64,000 nucleotides of DNA from an uncultured Desulfopila sp. (GTDB taxonomy: Bacteria; Desulfobacterota; Desulfobulbia; Desulfobulbales; Desulfocapsaceae): assembly GCA_964446655.1 (NCBI GenBank), contig CAYUPL010000003.1, positions 54,477 through 118,476 on the forward strand, in the 5' to 3' direction. The number at the start of each line of letters is the position of its first letter. The first letter of the stretch is position 1. Positions 28,992 through 38,557 of the stretch are shown here, piece by piece. Made by a program: the position numbers and the translations under genes. The notes beneath the pieces were generated by a model that had not been told where the DNA came from, searched no databases, and saw nothing but the letters and a program-made list of their open reading frames with translations.

Positions 28992-29237
28992 GTTACGTTT
29001 TTCATCTCTAATCAAATGAAGATTAGTGTATGTGCCTTTGCAGTTGTACCGTAGTATCGCGACAATGCAAAGGTGCAGACAAGCAGAATCATCAACAGAA
29101 AGTGCTTGTCAAACAACATGAGTATGGCCATATTGTTTGGCTGCTCACCTCTTCGCTCTCTGCTCGCCTACACGGAAGCGAGGGCCAACACCAAGGGACA
29201 ATATCCCTTAAAACCATGAGTCCACGAGGAGGAACAC

Positions 29238-29666
29238 ATGCGTAGGTATGAAACGATTTTTATTCTTCGTCCTTCTGCAAACGAAGATGGAATCAACACT
29301 ATCGTCGAAAAATCAAGCGCTATTATCACTCAAGATAACGGGCAGATAATCCAGCTTGATAAATGGGGTATGAGAAAGCTCGCGTATCCAATTAAAAAAG
29401 ATTATCAAGGCTTCTATGTATTTTTAGATTATTCCGGTTCACCGAAAGCTGTTGCTGAAATGGAGCGTAAATTCCGCATCGATGACGCTGTACTCCGCTA
29501 TATGACAGTCAAAACCGCCGATACCATAACGGAAGAGGAGGTAGTCGAGGCTATTGCTCAAGCTGCCAATAAGCAGGTCAGCCACGAAGAATCAGCGTCA
29601 GATGAGTCGGACACGGACGAACCGGAAGTTTCAGACGATGACGATGACGAAGATGAAGATGAATAA
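29238..29666 (+). CDS. rpsF: 30S ribosomal protein S6 (long acidic C-terminal tail)
   Basis: MRRYETIFILRP...KWGMRKLAYPI. The tail is SDESDTDEPEVSDDDDDEDEDE. Preceded by GAGGAGG. Confidence 0.96.
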   Translation: MRRYETIFILRPSANEDGINTIVEKSSAIITQDNGQIIQLDKWGMRKLAYPIKKDYQGFYVFLDYSGSPKAVAEMERKFRIDDAVLRYMTVKTADTITEEEVVEAIAQAANKQVSHEESASDESDTDEPEVSDDDDDEDEDE

Positions 29667-29705
29667 TTCATATTTCGATCAATTTAAAAATACAGGAGTT
29701 AACAG

Positions 29706-29954
29706 ATGGCACCACGACCACAACAAAAACGATTGTTTTCCAGAAAAAAAGTCTGCCGGTTCTGCGCTGACAAAGAACAAAGCATAGACTACAAGGATAT
29801 TAAGACTCTGAGAAATTTTGTTTCCGAAAGAGGTAAAATAATTCCACGTCGCATTGTTGGAACCTGCGCTTCACACCAGAGGCAGCTTTGTGAAGCAATT
29901 AAAAGAGCACGACATATCGCTCTTTTACCTTACTCCGGGAATGTCCAGGGTTAA
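29706..29954 (+). CDS. rpsR: 30S ribosomal protein S18
   Basis: KKVCRFC...[33 protein letters not shown]. Confidence 0.96.
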   Translation: MAPRPQQKRLFSRKKVCRFCADKEQSIDYKDIKTLRNFVSERGKIIPRRIVGTCASHQRQLCEAIKRARHIALLPYSGNVQG

Positions 29955-29977
29955 TACATATTCGGGACAAGAATACA

Positions 29978-30958
29978 GTGACCAAACAGGTTGAGAATAA
30001 ACCTGAGGGGAAGAAAAATGCAACCCACATCCTCCTGTTTACCTTTGCTCTTCTTTTGCCGAGCACCATATGGGTTCTTCTGGGCTGGACAAGTTCTTTT
30101 CTTCCTCTGCTTGTCTTTATATTTATTACTAAATTCGGCTGGTCAGATACCAGCCGAAATTTACTGATTGCAGTACTGATCGCAGTTTCTCTGAGTTATT
30201 TCCTGGAGAATCTGGAGCTGACCCTGTTCTCTATTGCTCTTCTCCCCGCTGGATATGCCGTTGCCTATTCAGCCCATCGTAAGGAAGAGCCTTGGAAAGC
30301 CGGCCTCAGAGGATGGTTGACATTATGCATTTCGATTTTTTTGTTTTTTAACTTACTGTTGTGGAACAGTGAAACCTCTTTTTTCCAAGCGATCAGTCAG
30401 GCAATGAACAGCGGGATTGATGAGGCGTTAAGGCAATACAGGAGCACTGATAGTCTATCGTCTGAAAATATTGTCATTTTAGAGCAGACACTGCATCAGG
30501 TTAAGGAGATAGCTCCTCTAATATTGCCCGCAATTGTAGGCACTATTTTTATTCTGCTTTCGTGGGTAACGGTTGTATTGGGTAATATTATACTACCAAA
30601 AGCGGGATGTATTCAGCCTTGGAACGAATACCGTTTTTGGCGGCTGCCCGATGCCTTTGTCTGGGTATTGATAACATCGGGAATAACAGCACTGATTCCT
30701 GCAGGATCGCTGCAGATCGTCGGCATAAACTGCCTGATACTTACGGTGTTTATATACAGCTTTCAAGGTCTTGCAGTTCTTGTATTTTTGCTGAAGAAAT
30801 GGAATGTGCCACGATTCGTTCGTACTTTTATATACGTAATGATTATTTTGCAATCTTTTGGTACAGTTCTACTCATCGTAGTTGGAGTGGCCGACGTATG
30901 GTTTGATATTCGCCGTCGCGTTGCCTCTGCTACAAATAATAAGGAAGATAAGGAATAG
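29978..30958 (+). CDS. DUF2232 (YybS-like) polytopic membrane protein
   Basis: Multiple TM helices. It sits between rpsR and rplI, as yybS sits upstream of rplI in Firmicutes. GTG start. Confidence 0.6.
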   Translation: MTKQVENKPEGKKNATHILLFTFALLLPSTIWVLLGWTSSFLPLLVFIFITKFGWSDTSRNLLIAVLIAVSLSYFLENLELTLFSIALLPAGYAVAYSAHRKEEPWKAGLRGWLTLCISIFLFFNLLLWNSETSFFQAISQAMNSGIDEALRQYRSTDSLSSENIVILEQTLHQVKEIAPLILPAIVGTIFILLSWVTVVLGNIILPKAGCIQPWNEYRFWRLPDAFVWVLITSGITALIPAGSLQIVGINCLILTVFIYSFQGLAVLVFLLKKWNVPRFVRTFIYVMIILQSFGTVLLIVVGVADVWFDIRRRVASATNNKEDKE

Positions 30959-31010
30959 TCAGTTTCCAGGTTGGTTATTCTTTCCAAGATACTACTGAGG
31001 GAGTCAAAAA

Positions 31011-31466
31011 ATGGAACTTATTTTAAAGGAAACAATAAGCTCACTGGGCCGGGAAGGCGATATCGTTAAAGTCAAACCCGGCTATGGTCGCAATTATCTC
31101 TTACCCAAGGGTAAGGCTGTAATAGCGGATGGGCGAAATATCACCCTCTTTGAGAAAAACAAAGCCATTATTGCCGCACGTCTTGAACAAGAACGTAAAC
31201 AGGCCGAAGCAATTGCCAAAAAACTTGCCGGTATTTCAATAGAACTTGAGCAACTTGTCGGCGAAGACGATAGATTGTTCGGTTCCGTCACCAGCAGTGA
31301 TATATGCGAGAAATTAGCAGAACTGAATATTGAGATCGACAAAAAGCAAATTGTTCTGCCCAACCCAATTAAAACCCTTGGAGAAACCACCGTACCTGTT
31401 AAGGTAGGTTTTGAGCTTACCACCGATATTCAGGTAAAAGTAGTGGCGCAAGGAAAAGGACTGTAG
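31011..31466 (+). CDS. rplI: 50S ribosomal protein L9
   Basis: MELILKETISSLGREGDIVKVKPGYGRNYLLPKGKA. Confidence 0.96.
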   Translation: MELILKETISSLGREGDIVKVKPGYGRNYLLPKGKAVIADGRNITLFEKNKAIIAARLEQERKQAEAIAKKLAGISIELEQLVGEDDRLFGSVTSSDICEKLAELNIEIDKKQIVLPNPIKTLGETTVPVKVGFELTTDIQVKVVAQGKGL

Positions 31467-31615
31467 CCTTTTTTGAGTAGAGCCTTTTGAAGAACCACTC
31501 AGAAAACGGTATACGTGTGTCTTTAACCTTATCGCTGCCGGGTTTTTCGAGGACCTGAACACACCATGTGAGCTTGCTCCCATTGGTGTGTTTCTGTTTT
31601 AACTATTTGGTATAC

Positions 31616-32992
31616 ATGGCACCAATGAACACACAGCAGCCTCCTTTACCGACATCCAGGATCCCACCACAGAACCTCGAAGCAGAACAGTCCGTTCTTG
31701 GTTCCATTCTCCTTAAAGATAATGTTTTTGGAAATGTACTCGAGGTGTTGCATCCGGAGGATTTTTATTCTCCGGCGCATAAGATAATATTTGATGCCAT
31801 GGTTTCTCTTTTTGAGAAAAATGAACCTCATGACATTATTACGCTCACAAATTTTCTCAAAGACAAGAATAAACTCAATGACGTAGGTGGAGCTGCATAT
31901 CTTGCCGGTCTCACCTCGATCGTACCGGTAACCGCTAATATCGGTTCATATGCGACAATCATAAAACACAAGTCGGTTCTACGTCGATTAATAGAGGTCA
32001 ATACCGAAATAGCCGGCAGGTGCTACGAAGAACAGGGTGAAATTGATCAACTTGTCGACGATGCCGAACAGGCTATTTTTGATATTGCAGGCCGAAAAAG
32101 TGGCCAGAACTTTACTCCTCTCAAGGAAATAATCCCTGCTGCCTTTGAAAGAGTAGAACAGCTCTACAAACGCAAAGAACTGATAACAGGGGTTCCCACT
32201 GGTTATTTTGACCTTGACAGGATGACCGCCGGACTGCAACCGTCCGATTTAATAATTCTTGCCGGTCGACCTTCCATGGGGAAAACAGCCTTTGCCATGA
32301 ACATTGCCCAGCATGCGGCACTTGTCGAAAAAACAGGAGTGGCAATTTTCAGCCTGGAAATGTCCAAGGAACAGCTCACCATGCGATTACTCAGCTCTGT
32401 CGGCCGTATAGATTCCCAACGAATCCGAACTGGAAAACTCCATGATGATGACTGGCCTAAACTGACTCGCGCTGTCGGTATGTTAACGGAAGCACCGCTC
32501 TATATCGACGACACTCCGGCGATATCCGTTTTGGAAATGCGCTCTAAAATTCGACGATTAGCCTCTCAATACCCTGTGGGCATGATCCTGGTTGATTACC
32601 TGCAGCTTATGCGTGGCCGTTCCAATAATGAGAACAGGACACAGGAAATCAGTGATATTTCCAGATCTCTCAAGGCATTGGCAAAAGAACATAACGTCCC
32701 CGTACTGGCATTATCGCAGCTCAACCGCGGCCTGGAGAGCCGTACCGATAAACGTCCCATGATGGCTGACTTAAGAGAATCGGGCGCCATAGAACAAGAT
32801 GCCGATATCATATGTTTTATATACCGAGATGAAGTCTACAATAAGAGCGAAGACAACCCGGATAGAGGAACAGCCGAAATCATCATCGGTAAACAGCGAA
32901 ATGGGCCAACGGGCGTAGTAAAGTTGACTTTTCTGGACGAATTCACTACCTTCGAGAACATGAGCCACTTAGAGGATACCGGCTTTCATTGA
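31616..32992 (+). CDS. dnaB: Replicative DNA helicase DnaB
   Basis: PPQNLEAEQSVLGSILL, Walker A GRPSMGKTAF, SLEMS, IIGKQRNGPTG. No intein is present. The start was taken at the first ATG after an implausible hydrophobic GTG-initiated extension. Confidence 0.94.
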   Translation: MAPMNTQQPPLPTSRIPPQNLEAEQSVLGSILLKDNVFGNVLEVLHPEDFYSPAHKIIFDAMVSLFEKNEPHDIITLTNFLKDKNKLNDVGGAAYLAGLTSIVPVTANIGSYATIIKHKSVLRRLIEVNTEIAGRCYEEQGEIDQLVDDAEQAIFDIAGRKSGQNFTPLKEIIPAAFERVEQLYKRKELITGVPTGYFDLDRMTAGLQPSDLIILAGRPSMGKTAFAMNIAQHAALVEKTGVAIFSLEMSKEQLTMRLLSSVGRIDSQRIRTGKLHDDDWPKLTRAVGMLTEAPLYIDDTPAISVLEMRSKIRRLASQYPVGMILVDYLQLMRGRSNNENRTQEISDISRSLKALAKEHNVPVLALSQLNRGLESRTDKRPMMADLRESGAIEQDADIICFIYRDEVYNKSEDNPDRGTAEIIIGKQRNGPTGVVKLTFLDEFTTFENMSHLEDTGFH

Positions 32993-33055
32993 TGCGCACA
33001 GCCATCACTTCCCGGCAACGATAAACACTGAACCGTAGATCAAGAGAGTTATTAC

Positions 33056-35551
33056 ATGTCAGAAAACACGGCCGATACAATGTGGTACGATTTTAAGAAA
33101 ATTGAAACAAAATGGCAGCATAAGTGGGATACAGAAAAAGTCTATAGTGTGACCGAAGACGACTCCCGTCAGAAATACTACGTCCTTGAGATGTTCCCCT
33201 ATCCTTCCGGCCGAATCCACATGGGACATGTAAGAAATTATTCCATTGGTGATGTCGTTGCCAGATATAAAAGAATGCGCGGTTTCAACGTTCTCCACCC
33301 CATGGGCTGGGACGCCTTTGGTCTGCCGGCGGAAAATGCCGCCATTAAAAACAAAACGCACCCGGCAAAATGGACCTATCAGAATATCGACTACATGAGA
33401 AACCAGTTGAAGCAGCTCGGCCTCTCCTACGACTGGGAAAGGGAAATTGCCACCTGCCATGAGGATTATTACCGATGGGAACAGCTCCTTTTTCTCGAAA
33501 TGTACACGAAAGGATTGGTTTACCGGAAAATCACCAAAGTAAACTGGTGCAACTCCTGCCAAACAGTATTGGCCAACGAACAGGTTGTTGAAGGCGCCTG
33601 CTGGCGCTGTGATGAGCCGGTAGTAATGCGTGAAATGAACGGCTGGTTTTTTAAAATCACCCAATATGCCGAAGAGTTGCTGGCCGATCTTGATAATCTG
33701 CAGGGCTGGCCGGACAAAGTCCTCACCATGCAGCGAAACTGGATAGGAAAATCAACCGGGTTAAAATGCAATTTCAGGGTTGAAAACTCTTCTGACAATA
33801 TAGCTATTTTCACTACACGACCGGATACAGTCTTCGGTGTGACCTTTCTTTCGCTAGCCCCTGAGCATCCTCTTGTATCAAAACTGGTTGCAGGCACTGA
33901 CACAGAAGAAAAAGTCCTCAATTTCGTGCAGAAGGTTACAGCTTCTAAAAAGCATACGCAGGTGGAGGAAGAACTGGTTAAAGAGGGCGTTTTTACAGGA
34001 AAATACTGTATTAACCCCTTTAATAATGAAAAGGTTCCAATCTATGTAGCAAATTTTGTTTTGATGGAATACGGCACCGGGGCCGTCATGGCCGTACCTG
34101 CTCACGATCAGAGAGATTTCGAATTTGCCCGTAAATACTCCCTGGAAGTTCGTCCTGTTATCATTCCTGACGGGTCAAGCCTTGCTGATGCCACCATGAC
34201 AGAAGCTTCAGTGATACCGGGAACTCTAGTCAACTCAGGTCAATTTAATGCAATGCAGAGCAGCGATGCGCATATTGCTATAATCGATCATGCCCGCGAC
34301 AAAGGCTTCGGAGAAGCGCAGACAACCTACCGATTAAGGGACTGGGGTATTTCCAGGCAACGTTTCTGGGGCGCCCCCATTCCTATTATTTACTGCGATC
34401 AATGCGGCGTACAACCTGTTCCAACCGGCGACCTTCCGGTGCTGTTACCGTGGCAATCCGATAACTCAGCTGATGAGTGTGTCCCTCTGCATCAGCGGCC
34501 GTCATTTATAGAGACGACATGTCCACTCTGCCGGGGTTCAGCTCGCCGGGAAACGGATACCATGGACACTTTTGTGGAATCGTCCTGGTATTTTGCCAGA
34601 TATACCTGTCCGTCATTTACCAAAGGGCCACTCGACAAAGAAAAGACTTCATACTGGCTCGGAGTAGACCAATATATCGGCGGAGTTGAACATGCCATCC
34701 TTCATCTGCTCTACTCTCGCTTCTTTACTAAAGTCTTGCGTGATCTTGGTTACATGGAAATCTCCGAACCTTTTACCAATCTGCTCACCCAGGGTATGGT
34801 GATTAAAGACGGCGCCAAGATGTCCAAGTCCAAAGGAAATGTTGTTGATCCTCATGATCTGATTCATGAGTTTGGTGCCGATACCGTGAGATTGTTCAGT
34901 CTTTTCGCCGCACCGCCGGAAAAGGATCTTGAGTGGTCCTCCCAGGGCGTTGAGGGCGCCTCACGTTTTCTCAATCGTGTTTTCCGTTACATTGAGGCCA
35001 ACATTTCCATTTTGCTGGACCGAACAGGAGACAGTGGCGAGATTAGCGCCAAAAGTCGAGAAGTACACCGGAAATGTCACCAGACCATCAAAAAGGTGAC
35101 CCGGGATATCGAAAACAGCTTTCATTTCAATACTGCCATAAGTGCAATAATGGAGTTGTTTAATACCCTGACCTCTCTCAGTGGCAACGACGCCCAAAAC
35201 CCGATTAATACAACTATTCTGCAGGAAACCATCGATACAATGCTGCTCTTACTCTCTCCTATGGTACCTCATTTTGCTGCGGAAATGTGGGAAAAATGCG
35301 GCCATAACAGCGGCGTTGAAGAAAGAACCTGGCCGCAATACGATGAGGACGCCGCCAAAGAAGAGTTGCTCACCATAGTTTTACAAGTCAACGGCAAGGT
35401 GCGATCACGAATTGAGGTGCAGGCAGATATAGACGACAAGGTTCTCAAGGAAATGGCACTAGCAGACGAAAAAATCACCCGTTTTATCGAAGATAGTCCT
35501 GTGAAAAAAATCATCACTGTGCAGAAGAAACTTGTGAATATTGTCATTTAA
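33056..35551 (+). CDS. leuS: Leucine--tRNA ligase
   Basis: HMGH (HIGH) motif, KMSKS motif, CP1 editing domain and zinc-type Cys pairs. Confidence 0.97.
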   Translation: MSENTADTMWYDFKKIETKWQHKWDTEKVYSVTEDDSRQKYYVLEMFPYPSGRIHMGHVRNYSIGDVVARYKRMRGFNVLHPMGWDAFGLPAENAAIKNKTHPAKWTYQNIDYMRNQLKQLGLSYDWEREIATCHEDYYRWEQLLFLEMYTKGLVYRKITKVNWCNSCQTVLANEQVVEGACWRCDEPVVMREMNGWFFKITQYAEELLADLDNLQGWPDKVLTMQRNWIGKSTGLKCNFRVENSSDNIAIFTTRPDTVFGVTFLSLAPEHPLVSKLVAGTDTEEKVLNFVQKVTASKKHTQVEEELVKEGVFTGKYCINPFNNEKVPIYVANFVLMEYGTGAVMAVPAHDQRDFEFARKYSLEVRPVIIPDGSSLADATMTEASVIPGTLVNSGQFNAMQSSDAHIAIIDHARDKGFGEAQTTYRLRDWGISRQRFWGAPIPIIYCDQCGVQPVPTGDLPVLLPWQSDNSADECVPLHQRPSFIETTCPLCRGSARRETDTMDTFVESSWYFARYTCPSFTKGPLDKEKTSYWLGVDQYIGGVEHAILHLLYSRFFTKVLRDLGYMEISEPFTNLLTQGMVIKDGAKMSKSKGNVVDPHDLIHEFGADTVRLFSLFAAPPEKDLEWSSQGVEGASRFLNRVFRYIEANISILLDRTGDSGEISAKSREVHRKCHQTIKKVTRDIENSFHFNTAISAIMELFNTLTSLSGNDAQNPINTTILQETIDTMLLLLSPMVPHFAAEMWEKCGHNSGVEERTWPQYDEDAAKEELLTIVLQVNGKVRSRIEVQADIDDKVLKEMALADEKITRFIEDSPVKKIITVQKKLVNIVI

Positions 35552-35643
35552 TTTTACAAGCTGATATGTTAATGATCTTTTCAGATAAGTTGATACATCT
35601 TTACAGTATCTGAGCCCATTGTTAAACAAAGCGGAGTCTTCCT

Positions 35644-36165
35644 GTGAAAACCACAATTGCTTCACTGATATCATGTATAGTTTTGCTTTTTGTTGTAGCT
35701 TCATGTGGCTACCGAAATCCATATGTCTATACCGGACCGGATAAATCCGTCTATATTGCAAACTGGAGTAATCGTACCAGCGAACTGCAGCTTGATTCCG
35801 ATATCTATCAATCATTGTTGGGATGGTACCAACGAAGTGACTCGCTCAATGTTGTCAACGATAAAGCACAGGCGGACCTTATTCTTGCCGGTGAAATTAT
35901 TTCCATCGACCTGCCCAGTCTTTCCTATGGTGATAATAATACTACTCGTGAGGTAAAGCTCCGTCTCAGGGTTCGATATATTCTCAAAGACCTGCAAAGC
36001 GGAGAAATTCTTTTTCAGGAACCTGGCCAAATACGTATTGAAGACTATGCCGTTTCAACAAGTTCGTCAATTACTTCCGATAACGAGCGTGAAGCGCTGG
36101 CCACAATCATAGATGAGCTGTCTCAGGACATTTATCTCAAAACCCTGGGAAAATTGTCTCAATAA
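35644..36165 (+). CDS. lptE: LPS-assembly lipoprotein LptE-like
   Basis: Lipobox VVASCGY. About 170 aa, directly downstream of leuS as in many proteobacteria. GTG start. Confidence 0.6.
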   Translation: MKTTIASLISCIVLLFVVASCGYRNPYVYTGPDKSVYIANWSNRTSELQLDSDIYQSLLGWYQRSDSLNVVNDKAQADLILAGEIISIDLPSLSYGDNNTTREVKLRLRVRYILKDLQSGEILFQEPGQIRIEDYAVSTSSSITSDNEREALATIIDELSQDIYLKTLGKLSQ

Positions 36166-36250
36166 AGGCGTTGCCGCTCCAGCCCTTTCCCCTTCGCATC
36201 AGCTGCTTGCAGCTACCGTTTGTGATTCATCCTACCTTTTCTGCAGGATC

Positions 36251-37213
36251 ATGCTGACCATTGCCAATTTGAAAATCTCTTCACCTCTGCTTCTTGCTCC
36301 TTTGGCAGGATACAGCGATTTACCGTTTCGTCTGCTTTGTCGAGAATTCGGTGCAGGCCTGTGCTTCTCCGAGATGATAAGCTGCCATGGCCTTGTCTTC
36401 CAACAGAAGAAGACACTGCAAATGCTTGCCTCGAAACCGGCAGAGAAGCCTGTAGCGTTTCAGATATTCGGAGCAGATGTCGCCATGATGGCAAAGGCTG
36501 CCGACCTTCTCAACTGCTTTCAACCTGATCTTGTTGATATCAATATGGGTTGCCCCGTCAAAAAAGTGACTAAAAAAGGCGCTGGAGCCGCACTTATGGC
36601 CCGACCTGCTTTAGCGCAAGAGATTATCCGGGAAGTAGTTAAAAACAGCCAGGCGCCAGTATCTGTTAAATTTCGCAAAGGGATCGATGCAACAACAATC
36701 AATTGTGTTGAATTTGCGAAAATGGCGGAAGAAAGCGGCGTTGCTGCCATATCCGTACACGGAAGGACCTGGAGCCAGGGTTTTGCAGGAGAAGCTGACT
36801 GGCAGAGTATAGCGGATGTCAAAAAGGCCGTTTCCCTGCCGGTAATTGGTAATGGTGATATTCAAACGTATCAGCAAGCAATGCAGCAACTCGAAACGTC
36901 GGGTTGTGACGCGGTAATGATAGGAAGAGGAGCCCTGGGGAACCCCTGGGTCTTCAATACAAACAGCCGTCCGAAAACACCTGAGAAAATCTTTCCAACA
37001 GTGCTTCATCATCTTCATTTGATGCGGCAAAATCTGGAAGTAGAGCGGTTGCTGCCGGTTGTAAAAAATCACATTGGGCGATATTTTAAAGGCCTGCAGG
37101 GCAGTTCGGCAATGCGGAAAAAAATTTACGAAAGCACTTCTTTTGACAACCTTTTCCAGTTAGTGGAAAAGGTTGTCGTGGATGGTGTATCCACTGCTTC
37201 TCTCCAGGAGTAA
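36251..37213 (+). CDS. dusB: tRNA-dihydrouridine synthase (DusB-like)
   Basis: LLLAPLAGYSDLPFRLLCREFGAGL, DINMGCP and HGRT motifs. Start at 36251, because the longer track ORF overlaps lptE. Confidence 0.9.
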   Translation: MLTIANLKISSPLLLAPLAGYSDLPFRLLCREFGAGLCFSEMISCHGLVFQQKKTLQMLASKPAEKPVAFQIFGADVAMMAKAADLLNCFQPDLVDINMGCPVKKVTKKGAGAALMARPALAQEIIREVVKNSQAPVSVKFRKGIDATTINCVEFAKMAEESGVAAISVHGRTWSQGFAGEADWQSIADVKKAVSLPVIGNGDIQTYQQAMQQLETSGCDAVMIGRGALGNPWVFNTNSRPKTPEKIFPTVLHHLHLMRQNLEVERLLPVVKNHIGRYFKGLQGSSAMRKKIYESTSFDNLFQLVEKVVVDGVSTASLQE

Positions 37214-37240
37214 ACAACTGCCCTTCCAGAGAGGCAATGG

Positions 37241-38128
37241 CTAGATAAGATTTGCCGCCATTTTGGCAGACTGCAGCGTATTCTTCATCAGCATTGTAAT
37301 TGTCATAGGTCCTACACCACCTGGTACAGGGGTAATTACAGACGCTTTTTCTTTGACACTTTCAAAATCCACATCACCCGCCAGAATGGCCTTGCCGGAT
37401 TCCGTTTTGCCAATTCGATTCACACCGACATCCATTACCGCAACGCCCTCTTTTACCATATCTGCCGTTACAAGTTTCGGCACACCTACAGCCGCAACAA
37501 TGATGTCGGCACGACGGCAATGGGCGGCCATGTCTTTTGTTCTTGTATGACAGAGTGTTACAGTAGCATTGCCTGACTGACGTTTTTGCAGCATCAGATT
37601 GGCCATTGGTTTGCCGACAATATTGCTTCGGCCGATTATAACAACTTCGGCACCACTGGTCTCTACACCACTTCTTGAGAGAAGTTCCAGAACACCATGC
37701 GGAGTGCAGGGGAGAAAACATTGCTCACCCAATACCATTCTGCCGATATTGACGGGGTGAAAACCATCAACGTCTTTGTCAGGATCAATTTCATTTAAGA
37801 TCTTGCTTTCATTGATATGTTTTGGTAAAGGCAACTGTACCAGGATGCCATGAATATTGTCATCTTTGTTGTACTTCTTGACCAACTCAAGCAAATCTTC
37901 TTCCGGGGTACCGGCATCAAGGGTAATCTGCTCCGAATGAATTCCGATAGCATGAGCCGTCTTGTTCTTTGCAGCTACGTACGATTGTGAAGCAGGATCT
38001 TCCCCCACAAGAATTGTCACCAACCCAGGTATAATATTGTGTTTTTCTTTAAGTTCAGCAATTTCGGTTTTCAGTTCCTCTCTGATTTCCTTAGCTACTT
38101 CGGTTCCGCTGATGATTTTCGCTGTCAT
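37241..38128 (-). CDS. folD: Bifunctional methylenetetrahydrofolate dehydrogenase / methenyl-THF cyclohydrolase
   Basis: PGLVTILVG.DPAS.SYV, LVQLPLP, GRSNIVGKP and PVPGGVGPMT. Confidence 0.96.
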   Translation of the reverse strand: MTAKIISGTEVAKEIREELKTEIAELKEKHNIIPGLVTILVGEDPASQSYVAAKNKTAHAIGIHSEQITLDAGTPEEDLLELVKKYNKDDNIHGILVQLPLPKHINESKILNEIDPDKDVDGFHPVNIGRMVLGEQCFLPCTPHGVLELLSRSGVETSGAEVVIIGRSNIVGKPMANLMLQKRQSGNATVTLCHTRTKDMAAHCRRADIIVAAVGVPKLVTADMVKEGVAVMDVGVNRIGKTESGKAILAGDVDFESVKEKASVITPVPGGVGPMTITMLMKNTLQSAKMAANLI

Positions 38129-38226
38129 TTTTTCACCTCGTTTTAATAGCTTATCTTGTACAGTCTCCCTCTCACATCGAACCTGCTCTGCAGTTCAACT
38201 AAAGAATACAATAGCCTCAAAAACTT

Positions 38227-38451
38227 TAGCCCGGATTTCTCATGAACATTGTGCCAATTTTCACAATTCCAATGATATTCCAATATGTTCAAGCAGTATT
38301 CTTTCATAAGAAAATCAGAACAATGTTCACCGAAGGCCAGCCGATCTTACCGTACCTGCAGCGTTGCCGAAGCAAGGTGCATAGGCTACTATAGCACCTT
38401 ACTTCGCGCCTCGCATCCACGGCAACCTCGGCTGGTGAGAAATCCGGGCTA
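38227..38451. repeat. 225-nt intergenic element with 16-bp perfect terminal inverted repeats; candidate MITE-like repeat or structured RNA
   Basis: TAGCCCGGATTTCTCA (38227-38242) pairs with TGAGAAATCCGGGCTA (38436-38451). Abutting internal hairpins are 38243-38252/38320-38329 and 38337-38344/38428-38435, with nested 38363-38369/38420-38426 and 38374-38380/38394-38400. A partial second copy lies at 22492-22567. Confidence 0.7.
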
Positions 38452-38557
38452 GTAGCTGACTTACCATGCCATTATTTAAAATGCCATCCATTTAGTACCT
38501 TACTTCTCTAAAACCTTTATAAAAAGTTAAAGTCCTGAGAAAAGAAGCAGCAGAGCA

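Noticed and set aside
33059-33664. 201-aa minus-strand ORF inside leuS
   Set aside because: It is a shadow ORF opposite a gene with HIGH/KMSKS motifs. The same reasoning applies to the other antisense ORFs within leuS, priA (42945-43763), hrpA (46367-46867), the kinase (59122-59802) and the DUF4126 gene (58349-59041).
36113-36250. N-terminal extension of the dihydrouridine synthase ORF
   Set aside because: It overlaps the last 53 nt of lptE in another frame and adds non-homologous sequence. Dus homology begins at the ATG at 36251. The same logic applies to the extensions of hrpA (45794-45889), rsmJ (52868-53053), obg, rplU and dnaB.
38436-38456. GAGAAATCCGGGCT resembling the RNase P RNA GAGGAAAGUCCGGGCU (P4) motif
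   Set aside because: None of the other conserved RNase P RNA blocks are present nearby, and the element is only 225 nt. I also considered 6S RNA and tmRNA, but the topology and end sequences do not fit.
38476-38497. Direct repeat ATGCCAT-N8-ATGCCAT downstream of the malic enzyme gene
   Set aside because: A 7-mer repeated within about 30 nt is expected more than 100 times in a window this size, so it provides no support for a binding site.
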